In this document: piece by piece, positions 27,412 through 41,178 of the stretch
Layout: each line of letters starts with the position of its first letter
Numbering within the stretch: the first letter of the stretch is position 1
DNA from: Catajapyx aquilonaris
Lineage: Eukaryota
Direction: 5' to 3'
Assembly: GCA_000934665.2 (NCBI GenBank)
Contig: JYFJ02002138.1
Coordinates: forward strand, 1 to 62,722
DNA length: 62,722 nt
The notes under the pieces: model-generated
What the model was told of the DNA's origin: nothing
What the model saw: the letters and a program-made list of their open reading frames with translations, nothing else
Database searches by the model: none
Translations under genes and position numbers: made by a program

Positions 27412-27525
27412 GGCCAGTTTTATGAAGCTCAGATAAGAAAAGTTCAGGCAATAGCTGAATACATTCTGGCTCTGAACTGAAGGTTAAACTTCAATATAAC
27501 TAAACGATCTTTATAAAAGTGGTCC
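27412..27525. mobile_element. Degenerate MITE (PIF/Harbinger-like termini)
   Basis: Imperfect TIRs GGCCAGTTTTATGAAG ... CTTTATAAAAGTGGTCC. No TSD is clear. Confidence 0.4.
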
Positions 27526-30500
27526 GATGTCAGGGATAGATTTAAAAAGCACTCAAGTTGGCGTTGTTACACTGCCAGCTCCTCTTTTATATTTATCTGA
27601 TTCTCGTATGGTTCATTTTGCCTGCGAGCAGTTGCATTTGGTTTGTTATTTACAGTTTAATTTTTATGCTCAGCACCCCCACTTTAGGCCGATTGCACCA
27701 TTCAAGGATTTTTTTTGTATTTTTTATTGTTCACCCTGTTATATAGTCTTTACTTAAGGTACCATATTGAGGCCAACAACAATGCTATCACTACCGTATA
27801 TAATGTAAAATATTTTTTACCTACTATACACAAAAGGTGAATGAGTAAAATGGCAACCCTGTATCTTTCTGAACGGTGAACGTACCAATGAGAGGCAGTG
27901 CATGTCAGATTTCCAACAATTTGCAACATAAGGTTAATTACATTCTCAGGTTTAAGGCACTCCAGCCCATTCCCAGATAACCCTCGAGTTAGATGGCAGG
28001 AGCAGCATTTCAGCCTTTAATAAAAAAAACCCGAGCTGAACCCTGGAGCAACGTGTCTTTTGTTTCTCACATTTTTGCAGTGGCGGGAACTTTTCCCACC
28101 GTCCAACCAGCAACCGGAAAGGAGAAGGTCGTTAATGGTTGAGCGAACGGAACCGCTTATTGAAAGCTCCCAGTTCGGCAATGACAAATTCTGCAGGCAA
28201 GCACGACGAACGTTTTTATAGGCCGGCTTGTAGCGATTCTAATAAATTCGCCTCCCTACGAATACTAAAAAAAAAAACTCAACTAAAAATTGCACCGTTT
28301 GCTTCTTCTATGCAACTTTTTCTTCTTTTCGTTCCGGAAAACTACCGGCTGCGTTTTATCCTGTTTTTCCAACAAGTCACGTGACTCCAGCCTATTATTA
28401 AACCGCGTCGCCACAAAATTGCACCGGTATTTGTTAGGGAAAACTTTGCACTGGCTTTCATTAGCTCACACAGAAAATCAGACAAGTCTGTTCCAATCAG
28501 TCCAGATACAAATCTGACGTTCGTGACTAGAATTACCTAGTCGCTTCTTTCGGCAACCTCCGTCAAATAAAAAGAGAAGGGTAGGTTGTTTTTTTTCTGT
28601 TGGTAAAATTTCTTGCGTGACTTTAGATTCGTTCGGAAGCCGCGTTGATTACGTACGCTCAACGGGGCATTCACATTACAATTTTTTTTCTACTACTAAT
28701 AGACCTACTATTGATCAAAATTAGCATATAACTCCTGTTAGCTGGCTCATTTTTTTTCTGATGTATACTGTAGGAGAGGTCATTTCATGCTGAATGTTAG
28801 GCCTAGAGGCGTCCTATACACATGTTGATAAATTCATGGTGCAAGCGCCGGTACCTTGCTAAGCCTGACCTAAATTCCTCGCGCGGCAACATCGCCGCCA
28901 AGCAGGATAATCCCGAAAATAGCTACAAGCATAAGAGCAACCAATGCACCGGTACAACCCAAACTGGTCAAGTTGTCGCACTTATTTTTAATGCAGGAAG
29001 TTGGCGCCCGCTATAAATAATCAGGATCGATAGCTATCAATGGTTAATATGTCGTAATCCCAACCCTCCTTCGCGGCAATTATTCGGACAATCAAGTGCA
29101 GACCGTTGGGAAAGTGTCATGAAAACGGTTGTCATTTCCCTGCAAGAATGTCAAGGGCCACTTGACTCCGCCGTCCCAAACTGTCATTACGACCATATTA
29201 TGTGGGGCATTAAAAAATCCGTCCCCCCAATCATCGCCGGCCGTTATTTTAAAAGGCTGTTATAGTGGGCGGCCGTTATTTTGGCTCTCATCGCCATGTT
29301 ATCACGGTTAGGTGGGGGAGGGGGGGGTGCTTCAAAATGGATGCTTGGCCCTGGCCTGGCCCTCCTGGTAAAAGAGCGGGGGTGTGGGAGGGCGCCAAAG
29401 CCAAGCAAGCAGTTGTGAAGTGGAACGGATTTTTACCCCTGAAAAGCCAATGACTTGGACTTGATTGGAGTGCCAAGTGGCTCCGTTTCGTGCCTACCGG
29501 TGATCCATCTCAAGTCACTCGGAGCCTTAAGTACCTGCTGTCATCCGGAGGATAGGAAGTTTGGGGGGTTTCGCAGTTGAGACTCCCCATAGCAAACAGG
29601 TTTTCAATACGGTGGATCAGTGCATTATGGGGGATGAGTGCAGGAAGTCGTACGGCCCAGTACGGGACGCCAGTTTTTCGGACAGAAATGTCAGGCCTTC
29701 CCTCCCACCATCCGTTTCCTAGAAAGCAAAGATCCCCAAAATTTTGGGCCGACTGGCTGCAGGAACGTGCGCAGTCAGCCAGTCACTCAATCGATACTGT
29801 ACTGGCACGTTTAGTATTATATGGAATGTGTTTTGGGTCCCCGTCTCGCAACGCCGATTTCCTATATAAAACCGTTCTTGGACGGATATGTCCGAGTCGG
29901 TGCCAAGCAGTGGTCAGTCGTTCCTTTCAATCCGGACGGAGCACTGGACCTGGCCCAACTCGAACTGGGTAGAAAAATCAGGGGGGGAAATCGAAACACC
30001 AAACAGTCGGCTGGCGATTCTGATCGCAGCTCTTGGAAAAACGAAGCAGGAGAAGAAGCGGAAGAAAAACGGGCCATATATAGGGTTGCAGTTCTTTTTG
30101 CTCGCACCTACCGTCTGAACCCAAGCTTGGTCGTATTTCTATAGTGCAGGCTGCCAACTCCAAAAAACCTCCAAGCCTTTTCCCTTTCGGCTCTCAGCCC
30201 GCTGCTGCTCTTGCCCTACGACATTCTATCATGTGTACAGAGTGGAAAGAGGAGTCTAATAAATTATTTACAACGCATGAAAGCTTCTACTTTACATCAA
30301 CACGATGGCACATTAGCGTCCTAGTCCTCCTCTTCTCCAAGCCTCATCTTACAACCAAGCGACCTCCCCGCCTCCCCACATCCACCCAAACCACCCTACC
30401 AAAAACTCCCCGTCTCCCCAACTGTTTTATACCAAAAAGGACCGTCGTTTGCGGTCGTCTCAACAAAATGTACGGAGAAATACTATTTACACTCGGAGTG

Positions 30501-31560
30501 AAAAAAAGGAAGGATAAATCACTCGCGATACTTTCGCCTTGACAGCAGGCATTCATCAGAGTGATACGAGCACATTAACTATATTGCGCTGTATAAAGTT
30601 CAACGAGTTTTTCGGGCATCACAGAACCATTTTCTCTTCTAATGTAAACTCGCTGTTATTATTTCTGAATTATCACCTCCGTGCCAAATGTGCCATCTGC
30701 GTCGTTGATTTTTTAACACACAGTCCAGGGAAAATCACGTTCGTCGCATAATACCATTCGGCTGGCAACACGCATTAGTGACAATAAAAAATACAGCCGG
30801 CGATTAAAGCCGCGTACAAGCTAATTGTGATTGATTTCTTCGCGCCCGAGCCCGCCAGTGTCATGTACAACTCTCTGGCTTTTCCCCCCGATCCCACCTG
30901 TGGAGCACATAGTATTAAAGGCAAGGAAGAAACTTTTTGGACGAGCCTTGAAATTGTCTCAAGGCTCAGGTTCTATTGATATACTTGTTACCTCATCAGA
31001 AGATTTGGACCCCGAATCCTCTGCCAGATCCTGGGATAAAGAGGCATGGTTAACAGACCTCCAGAACGACGACAGGTCATAGAATTGGAGTGAGGTAATA
31101 TACAGGTCCGATAAGCATCAGTCTCGACACTTTTAGACGTGCACCAATTGCCGTTCACGTCCTAGTGCAAGGTCTGAGCCTGTCGGTATGGTCGGATGGC
31201 ACAGTTTGACAAAAAGGTGGCGCCAGGATTACAAATGACGCCCATTGTGCCAGGCGTCTCCACCACGCGGCGCATTAGCAGGTGAGAACCTGCCGGGTTG
31301 CTGGTCAGAAGGAAATCCATCCGACGCCCACACCCAAGTCTGCTTATTCGATGATGGCGGTGCAGGGAACCCTTCCAAGTCTTCCGGAAGTGCCACAAGG
31401 CCCCGGCTCAAAATACCGAGCAGACGATGGCCTTAAAAATAATACCCTACGAGTGCAGTCAGCCTTCGACTTGGCACCGATTCCAAATTGCAAGTTAGGG
31501 CGGAGATGAAAACTCTTCCCTGGCTAAAATTGACTCTGACTCGGCTCTCAAGTCGAGGCT

Positions 31561-31640
31561 CCTTTCTTCTTCTACTACTACTACTTCTTCTTCTCCTACT
31601 CCTACTTATTTTTCCTCCCTACTCCTTCCTTCCACCCACT
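31561..31640. repeat. Low-complexity CTT/CTA/CCT triplet tract
   Basis: TTCTTCTTCTACTACTACTACTTCTTCTTCTCCTACTCCTAC... Confidence 0.8.
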
Positions 31641-34318
31641 TTATAGGAATCCGGAATCGCATCACACTCGAAAGCAACGGGCAGACAGAGGGTTCGGGAG
31701 GGTTGGGAAGCTGGAATTTTCAATGAACCCGATTACCAGGCGAAAAAGAGTTCCATGGCGACAAAACAATAGCAGTTTCCCCACTAGCAGACCCGTCCCA
31801 TTATACTAGCGAACAATGTTAGCCTCCCCCCCCCCTTCCCCGTTCTTCTGGAGAAAATACAGCTCCCTGAGCTCAGCTGCTGCTCCTCTCAGGTGGCGCA
31901 GCCTATTATTGAAATTCGCCTACGTAGACTAACAAGCCTTTTCGGAAGGAATTACAGAGCCTTGGGAATGGCTACAATCCTCTTCTTCCAGAAGACCCAC
32001 TCACCTGCAAACTTTCATTACGATCGTTTCTTATCTTTTTCTGCTCTTAACCACGCTTGGTTAGCAGTCAATACCTGGCATAGCGAAATGACTAGGTGCT
32101 ATCAATCAAAACCATCTGCCTCGAGGAAACTGATGAGACATTAGATGGCAATGGAATGGGAGGGATGTGAGCAAAATTTGAACAGAAGAGATTATCCGTG
32201 CACTTTCTCCATGGGAGCACAACGGTTCTGAAGACAGCAGGCAGGTCCAGTCTACACTGGTGGGAAACAAAGGCAGGAAGCTAAGGTTGAAGGTGGCAAT
32301 AATGCAGGGCCGACAGGTGCGAGGCTCACCGGCAGCCGGTCAGCGGAAGGTCACTACCTCCCCGCAACTAACCCCCATCCCCTTCAAAAACCATCACCAG
32401 AACAGGTGAGCACCAGCACACATGCAACAAAAAAAACTCCAAGCCCTTGAAAAATCAGCTGGGAAGAATGGATGTACTGTACGTTGTTAATCAGTTTAAA
32501 AGCATGGAAAATTTTGGTCTTTTCATATCAACGTCAGCATATGTCTCTAAATCGCTGCAGTACATTCGCATTATTAAAATAATTCGGAGCGAAATATTTC
32601 TGTTTCCAGAACTGAGCTTAGAATCTCGTGAATCTATTTCACAAATGGAATGTATATATATGCGAATGCGTTTCAAGGCGCTTAGTGAAATCTCTTGGCA
32701 ACAGAATAATAAAAAAGAGAGGATCCTGCTAGCAAAGACCCTTTCGGTAGTGAAATAATAGGGGGAAAATGCGGCTCAACACTGGCAGAGCGGCATTACA
32801 ACACAAAAGCCATTGTCCTTAGAATTTTCTCATCTTTGTGCCTGGATGCTAGTATCCGGCTGGAAAATCCGAGACACCGTCTGCGAATTCTTGCGATGCA
32901 GGCTTACATGTAAATTCACGCTATACTGAACTCCGGATGCACGGCGTTCACAAGGGGCGAGGAAAAGACCTAACATCGACTTTACCCATCCAGCCTATAT
33001 ATACGGTACTGTCCATGTACACAAAACTTACCAGGTTCAGCAGAGTACATAATTTCAATCCGAAGGGGGAAAAGTCGACGAAATGAACTCTAACTTGTGA
33101 CAGTCTTGACGGAATTCGAATCCGGAAATCCTACATTTAAACACCATTTACTATTCTGCATATGAAAGGCGAAGCGAAATGATTCCCCCGCCTAGTGATT
33201 GCGAGGGCCTTGAATTAATCTCCGAGTTTCATTTGGCTCAAATTATTAACGCCACCCTGAGTATAATCCAGGCCAAAACTATTAAACCAGGTTCTCTCCA
33301 TCTTGGCCACATCACAGCACCTAAAGCTCTCAGAGTGGATTAAAATTTACCCCAAGTAATCCAGAGAAAAGCCGCCAACTTTGAAAATACATGTTTTATT
33401 ATCTCAGGCCCCCTATGTAATTCCGGGCACGGATGATAAACCTTGGAGCAGTTAACAACTCCGGGGTTCACTTCTAGAATTCGTTTACCCTCTCACTTTC
33501 CAGCACAGAAGATGGCCTGCGGTATGTGGAATTTACGGCGTGTGCACAGTACATGCTGGTGGATAATGTACTATTATTCTGCTCATGCACTAGTTCAGGT
33601 TCTACAGGAAGTGAGCCAATTCACAATTAATGAATATAACTTATTACCAACTCTGGGTACAGTGATTTCGGATCACCTTTATTTTCAAATGCTGAAAGAA
33701 ATGTGTGAATAAATGTTAACATTGGCTGAAACTTTCCGATTATACCAAATCATTGGGCTTATCTTCACTTAATCAAGTACTCTTGCATTAATATTAATCA
33801 GGACTCTCAAAGTTGTGGTAAAAAGTTATTGCTAAATATTAATTAACAAAAATATTCTGCCCTACATTTTCCCTGGGGATTTGTGTGAAGATGCCAAATA
33901 TTTGCAATCATAGTAACCGTATATCATCAATGTACTAACGTACAATACAAAAATTGCGTTCAAAATATTTTCTGACCCAAAAAAGCCATTATTGAACAGG
34001 TAGCACAACGATGAAATTAATATGCTAGGTACACCTTTAGTAAAAATAAATTTTATGAAAATCAACTTAATCGTAATTAAGTGAGTCTTCAACACTTAAA
34101 TCATGATTAAGTTTCTTCGTATGGGATAATACAGTAGAATAATGTCTTTTAGAGTATGTTCTGGTTCACTGTTGGACGCATCATCATATGAGGAAACCTA
34201 ATAATGAACATAACATGACTATCATCAACACCTAAATCAGTGTTATGATCATGTTATTAGAATATGATTAAGTTGATTTGTAATTAAAATATTTTTTTCT
34301 ATCTTAACAGCTACAGAG

Positions 34319-34462
34319 TTACTCATGAGGAGTATTCAAATTCCTACCATACAAGTGGATGTTTTCGGATCTTTCCATCTGTGCCGACATCTTTTGTGAT
34401 TTTCTTCTTTGTAAATTTTCAGCGGATTTTTCCATAATATTCCTGATAATATCTTTACGTCC
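34319..34462 (-). CDS. Candidate orphan terminal coding exon (GRKDIIRNIMEKSAENLQRRKSQKMSAQMERSENIHLYGRNLNTPHE*)
   Basis: An acceptor CTGTTTCAG| precedes an open frame ending in TAA, and the peptide is charged and helix-like. No homology is recognised; it may be a transposon relic or chance. Confidence 0.2.
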   Translation of the reverse strand, partial: GRKDIIRNIMEKSAENLQRRKSQKMSAQMERSENIHLYGRNLNTPHE

Positions 34463-35065
34463 CTGAAACAGGCTCAATATTACAAATACTAAGTGCACTT
34501 TAGACAAATATTGCAATATATTTGGGCCGCATTTTCCTCATAAAACCAATTGCAAACTTTTTCGATTGGTGACATATGAACCAAATAAACTCTCTCGACA
34601 TAACATCTGTTAATATATTTATTTTTAGATTTCATTCGTAAAAACTCTGAGAAAATATTCTGAATGGTGAAATAGACCCACTGTTCAAAAATTATCATAT
34701 CTACTACACTCTCTCTCAACCTCCTCCACAGGGAAATATTAGTGTAAATTAGGCCGTTAGTATGGGTCACTCCGTCCTCATAACTGTTTCGTTTCTTTGT
34801 CTGTGCATGTCAAGGGCCCGTTTGGCCATATTTGTGAGCCGAGATATGAGCATTTCACTCTCACTCAGAGGATATGCTGTGTTTGCGTTAGTGAGAACTT
34901 TTCAGTCCTCGTACTTCTAGTCTACAAGGAGACAATGACAGTGTTCAGTTTGTCTAGTCCTCACGAAATTTGTGAGGTCAACTTCCATACCTGTTTCTGT
35001 GAGCAGTATTGTACATGTTAGCCTATAAGTGTGCTAGTCTATAAGCGTGTATTAATATTTCCTTT

Positions 35066-35412
35066 GGGGGAGGTGTGGTGGCCGAGATGGTAACGTCTCG
35101 GCTTGCTGAGTGAAAGGCCCCAGGTTCGATCCCCGCCTGGGGAACTTCCTTTCACCTGCGTCGGGAGGGTCTCTGACCTGCACCAAGGAGGTGTCTGGCA
35201 ACCTAACCTCCTGGGGGACTGCACATGGCCCAAAAGCCATAGGACAATGCACCTGCACAAGTGTCCCCTCCCCAACAATCCCTTTCCCTACCCTATATCC
35301 TGAACCAGCCCTTGCACGGAGATTGAAGAAAAAACAGAAAACTGATGATGGTATGCCACCCCCCTAAACGAGCCAAATGGCTCGAGCACGGGGTATCAAT
35401 TTTTTAAAAAAT
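35066..35412 (+). mobile_element. tRNA-derived SINE (type A), full length
   Basis: A box TGGCCGAGATGG and B box GGTTCGATCCC are at tRNA spacing, with no tRNA acceptor stem. The body is ~250 bp. The 3' motif is CCCCCCTAAA-hairpin-CACGGGGTA, followed by a T/A-rich tail. Confidence 0.9.
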
Positions 35413-38400
35413 CCTCTGAATGAAAGCTGCCTTGTGTGCTTGCATGTGTGTAAACTATTTCGTTTTCAAACCAGCTGCCCGAATATCTTTATGTAATTAT
35501 TGTTCCTAAACAAGATTCTCCTGTTTTACCCCCTTGTTCAACGCCAAGTTTAAAAAAACACATTGCTTAATTAAAAATGCAACCATCCAAACAGACATTA
35601 CATATCTAAAGCAGAACGGCACTTGGCACAATCCGGGTCCCCAAAACAGCGACCTTTCTTCCAAACGCCAACAAACCTATTTATGAGCCCCACTAAGAAC
35701 GTTTAGACTTTGTATTATGCCGTGCAGAAGCAGTCTTCACGCACCGTTTCAGATTTGGCGTCCCTCACATCCCTCTTTATATGCTAATTCACGCTGTGCC
35801 ACCGTGTTTTCAAATTAGCGTCATCTCTGTTGCGGGAGCAATTATAAACGGAGTGGGCGAATTGAGTGCAGTCATGCGGCGCTGGGCTTCCAGGAAAACG
35901 TGGTTGGAAAATTCAACCCCCCCAAAAGCGTCCCCCGGATTCAAGACACAGAGAGTTGAGGAAATTCCGGGGCACGGTCCTACCCGCGAAATTGGACGCA
36001 GCCGGGAGACCTGACGGGTGAGCGTGGGAAGCGAGTCCGGCATTTCTATTGGTTGATGAGTCTGGGCAGCGACCATTGGCGGATGGGCTTGTTGCTTCCG
36101 AATTTCAATAGGGCATAATGATATGGTTATGAATTGCGTGGATATTTTTAACGGGACGTGTAAAGTGCGAATAGTTGGCAGCATCTGCTCAAAACATATG
36201 CGTGCGTTCTCAAAGTGGATGTGAATGATGGCAGTGCGGTTGTCTCCATGAGGACACTTGTGCCAACATGATGCCTACCCACCCATGTCATACTTTTTAG
36301 GGGAGGGACTTTTTTCAATGTGATTCACGACAGGGCAGAGGCCAGCTCTGATCACCAATACGCGGGCGCGTAAATAAATTGTGGTTCTATGTCGTTCTAT
36401 TTTTTTCTCTCTCTCTCTCTCGCCCGTGCTGTCAACAGTCGCCTATGGTCAAACTTCGCTCTACATTAATGTCCTCTGCAGGGACACTGCTCGTTTATTT
36501 ATTAGTTTTCAGTTCCTGCAAGCTGTAACTCACTTTGTAATCACTTTCAATTCGGCCCAGGGTTTTCAGGGGGAATTTTATTTTGTACACAACGGCCAGC
36601 TCGGCTAGGTTTAAAGCCTAATATCATTTAACTGCTATTTAAGTGCGTAATTTCATCCAGCCTATCTGGCCGACAAACTTTAACTAATGGCATGTTGGTG
36701 CGACACACACCGCTCGTCCATATTATGACACGCTATACACTTAATTACAAGGCATGCAAACATGGCGTGAAAATGCTCCTATCTCAAAACCGACTCTTTC
36801 AAGAAAATGATAAACTAACAAATCTGTTCATGTGGCAGAAATTACCACTACATCAATTCGTAAGCCGACTTCATTTCATTATAAAATTGAAAAAGCTCCG
36901 TTTTGTAACATAATGGAGCTTATTCAGATTACACAAATACGATATTCAGGATGCCAATCTGCTGTCACCGTGGAAATGAGGATTATAACACAAAGTCACA
37001 GGCACTAAGCCACTGCGATAAGGCGCTAGTTATACGACTTGGCGAGAATTGTAGCGGAAGAATCAAATCGCATTTCCCGGAAGTGCGTTTCCAATTATCT
37101 AATTAACTCTTGGAAAGTCGCCTCGCGCTGTACCATATATTGATTGTACACTGTACAACTTACGAGAATGGATGCTCTAGTTAGAATATGTTTACTTTCA
37201 GAATGCCAAATTAATTTATTGAACATAAGTTGAGACTGCTGTATTGGAGCTTATGCAGCAGTCGGATTTTCTGCAACTTACAATACTTAATTCAGCTCCA
37301 CACTAATTACATTGCATTCTGTGCAGGCACAGTATATTTTGGAAGAGTTGTACAAAACTTATATATAAGTTGGTTAATAAAATTCTATCTAATGAGCTAC
37401 CACTTTTTAATTAATCTAACACTTGTCTCAAGTATCAGCCCTCACCTTACTGAATCACTCAAAAAACCTGCTGCTCTATCAGTTTTTTGAAATTTTTCTT
37501 TTCCCGCAGCCAAGTTGTGAGGCACCGGGGAATTCCCTCTCTTCGATCTCTCCATCAATGGTCACCTCGGGACCAACAATGACGGGGTGACAGCGTGATG
37601 AGCCCATTGTCTAGCGCTGCATCGCCTCCCTTTTCCCCAATGTAACTCACAAATCTTGGTATATGCTAGCCAAAAAAAAGTGCACGCTTTCAATCTCGCT
37701 CCTGGCCCAATGAGGAACTCGAGCATGCTTCTCTAGCCAATCAGCATGGGAATATCACATATAGCTGTCCCAATTTGATCATCTGAATGATAATTATTTT
37801 TAGTAGCATTTCCCCCGCACTCAAGGTGTTAGCATAGGAGACTGGAATATATATCAAACATCAAATGGCACTCGCATGTAGCCACCGCTATCGGAAACTG
37901 GCGCCATTAAAGCGATCGAATGGAACGCAGCGGGACAGAAACCGATTTGCTATATCCGGTGACTGGGTGCTTGCTTTGCAACATAAATCCTCCAGAAGTC
38001 ATCGAGGGTGTGTGTGTCCCGTGAATTATGAATCAGTCAACATATACGTCCTTAACCGCCTTTTTATGATATAGGCGTATAAACATGCCTCTTGCAATAT
38101 AGGTTGTTGCGCAACAAGTATCTCTTCCTAATTAAAACGTATCTTAATTCCATGCACGCCCTTCGCATGGCCCCAGGTCATGTGTCGACAAAATTACTTC
38201 CAGGAAACTTCAATAAACCCTGCAGCGAAGGCTTGATATTGCATCGTCGGCACCTTGATTGCAACCAGAGCACTCGCAAAGAAATTGGCGAAAGCACTAT
38301 AAGGCCAGATATTGCAACAGTGAATTTGTCAAGGCTCTTCAGCCTCTTTTGATGCTCCGCGAAGGAAGCAACAAAGGAACAAAATCTCAAAAGAAAATAA

Positions 38401-38516
38401 CTCGAGTGTTTACATCGCAAAAAGGCGGCAGTCTTATAGAGAATAACATTTCCACCCAGGGGATCATTGGCCAATAAGCGCTTCGTAAGAGGTTATAAGT
38501 TTACCCAATTTATTAC

Positions 38517-38798
38517 TTTAAAAAAAATACCCAGTGATAGGGCGGAGCCCTTTTAGGGGGGAAGGGAAGGTTCCCAGGGGAGGGCGCTGTAATTATAATT
38601 ATTTCTGACTTTGTGAAATGCACCAGACCTTTTCTCCTGGCCCTGGGCAGAGTAGGGAGTGCAATTCTGCCCCGGCATGTCGGGTGAAAAGCGGAAAAAG
38701 ACCCGGCCAAGCAGAGGTGACGGGGACGGGATTTGAACCCCGGCCTCCCGCTTGGCTGGCCAGTGCAGTGGCGTAACCACCAGACCACCATGCCTCCC
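38517..38798 (-). mobile_element. tRNA-derived SINE (type C), full length
   Basis: On the minus strand, the A box is TGGTCTGGTGG and the B box is GGTTCAAATCCC. The 3' motif is CCCCCCTAAA-AGGGC-TCC-GCCCT-ATCACTGGGTA-T tract. A second partial copy lies at 11431. Confidence 0.9.
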
Positions 38799-40960
38799 TT
38801 AATGTATTAATATTAATACTGTAATACTGTAAATATTATCGCTGTGTTTTTCTGTCTGCTAAAAATCGCTGGATGACCTAATGATAAAATTTTGCAATAT
38901 GATACCGATTGGAACCTATTCCCTCAGGTGTAAAATGGTGAGAGAGTGATGGACACCATCCTAGCCCGCAGTGGTACCGGCACCTACAGAAAAACCACGC
39001 TCCGTGTTATTGCATGTTAGCACAGGTCAACAAACAATACAATCCGGCCGTTACGCAATTATCTGGTGAACCGCTCCAGACTTTAATTCGTTTTTCNNNN
39101 NNNNCCCCCCCCCCCCCTACACTGTTCAATTTCGTCTCAAAATCGCTTGGCTGTCCCTTCAAGTGCGCCATAATTAGCTTCGAAATGAACTCGAATCGGG
39201 TACCCACACAGTTCAAGTACACTTTCCAAAATACATCCCTCGGCATATCTTCGCAAACCGCAGCTCTATTACCGTCGCCAACCGGGTTTGCAATCTGTGA
39301 TTTAACGCTATTTTTGGGATGAGTGAGAGCAGCAGCTACAGGGGGGGAAAGGGTGCGGGGGTTCCCCGGTTTAATCAATTCTGGTCGAAAAATCGGCGTG
39401 CGTGCGTGAAGCCAAATCGGTAATTCAATCTCCTTGTAGGTCGACATGCTATATTACCAACTGTTTCCACCTCACCATTTTTATTCTTGTTGTCGTGCCA
39501 TAACTATCAGCTAAATATATTGTCATTCCTTCAGGTATCGGCGGATTTCGTGGTCCCTAGTCGCGGCTATATTATGCGGACAAGAAAAATGGCGAGGGGA
39601 TGTTTACTACTGATAGACACGTTAAGGTCTACATCACTTTTTATGGGAACCTATCGAAGTAAATTTAAGCTCACGTCAGAAATATGCACTGGTTATTGAT
39701 CATATCGACTGCTTTCACATACAATTGAGTCGAGTCGTTGATATGAATCGGGTACGACGGCTAAAATGTTTATAAATGTGGTGTTCCAACGAATAGAGCT
39801 CCTTCCAGGTGATTTATAGTCGGTGCCAAAGTACTTCGGGGATGAGCTCGTCCTTTTAAAAAAAAGCCAACAGAGAATGGGATGCAAATCAATGTTGGCT
39901 ACAGCATTTTTAGAGTGTAGTTACAAACGGCAGAACAGTTCTGCTTTTATTTTTATGTCCCCCTGACTACCTCGTCCCCTTTTGGAAGTGTATTTGTGTG
40001 ATCTGCTCTCTCCATTGTTGTTCATGCTAGTGAAAGCATTTCTAAAACAATTACCTTCCAGGAAATCCGACAAACAGGAAGTACCGGTACTCTAATTACC
40101 TAAACCCATGCGAAGATACCCTTGATCCCGTATAGTTACAATATTGACGTTTAGGTTTAGAAAACATCTTGACCACAGAAAAATCGAATAGATGTATTTT
40201 TCATCACACGTACCGGATGGTAGTGGAGTAAGAGAGGGCCATTGCTACTAATGCTAGCGATAGTCAAGGGAAGGGGAAGCGAGTGGATACTGGAGTTCAA
40301 AATAACCGGAGAGTTTCGATTGCCAGTGAACCTTTCCACACACGCCCTCTGAAAAAAAAAAACTGCTAATGCTACAATCTGAATTCCATCCACGTCGACA
40401 TGAAACCCATACATAGAACAAGTCCCCTCTCTTTCATTTCCCAACTTTAGCGGACCCACCAAAAACCTACTGGGTGGAAAGTTGGGTCCATCTGATGATG
40501 CTGGGTCCAGCTCACCCTCTCTCCCCCGGGCCACTACCCTTCCCCAAAAACACACCCCCTGCTCCCAACCCAACACGCAACTAATCCTGGATTTAGACGG
40601 CCCGCAGATTAAACGCTGTCACTGCGTAGAAGGCAAGTAATCTGACCGCTGCCACCGCCACATTAGTCTATCCCGGATAGCCGCAAGCCGGTCCATGTTA
40701 ACGCCTCCGAAAAGGAAGGTGAGTGCAGCCGGATTTATTTACCTGGAACGGAGAGGAATCTGGTGGGGACCTTCACTGTTGAGAGGCGTAAGTGATGCGT
40801 CACCCCCTACGAAATCTATGGAACCACCACCAGATTTTCATGCTCGGTGATGCGGTCACCTTACGAGTCACGCGGAATGCTTCTGTATTTGTTAGTGCGA
40901 GTTAAATGTTTCAACCAATTTACCTAGTATAGGTACTTGTAGACAAATGGTGGCTCGAAG

Positions 40961-41178
40961 ATTTTTCAATTTATTTTCAGTAGTTTATTTTTCAATTTAT
41001 TTTCAGTAGTTTATTTTGCGAATTAATATTTCTGTAATTTATTTTGCAAGTTAATATTTCTGTAATTTATTTTGCGAATTAATATTTCTGTAATTTATTT
41101 TGCAAATTAATATTTCTGTAATTTATTTTGCAAATTAATATTTCTGTAATTTATTTTGCAAATTAATATTTCTGTAAT
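40961..41178. repeat. Tandem minisatellite: two 26-bp units followed by six 28-bp units
   Basis: TTATTTTGC(G/A)A(A/G)TTAATATTTCTGTAAT x6 at 41011-41178, preceded by ATTTTTCAATTTATTTTCAGTAGTTT x2. There are no spacers. Confidence 0.95.

Noticed and set aside
29821..30144. Protein-like ORF with nearby TATATAAA and TCAGT
   Set aside because: There is no recognisable homology, and the TATA-to-initiator spacing of ~50 bp is wrong for a core promoter.
35066..35145. tRNA genes (also at 38720-38798 and 53243-53320)
   Set aside because: A and B boxes are present, but there is no acceptor stem or clean cloverleaf. Each continues into a SINE body and tail.
35342..35370. Hammerhead ribozyme core (CTGATGA) in SINE A; also CTGATGA near 32130, 40492 and 55559
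   Set aside because: There is no correctly placed stem II plus GAAA, and no stems I/III.
41011..41178. CRISPR-like 28-bp repeats
   Set aside because: The repeats are head-to-tail with no spacers, there are no cas genes, and the context is eukaryotic.
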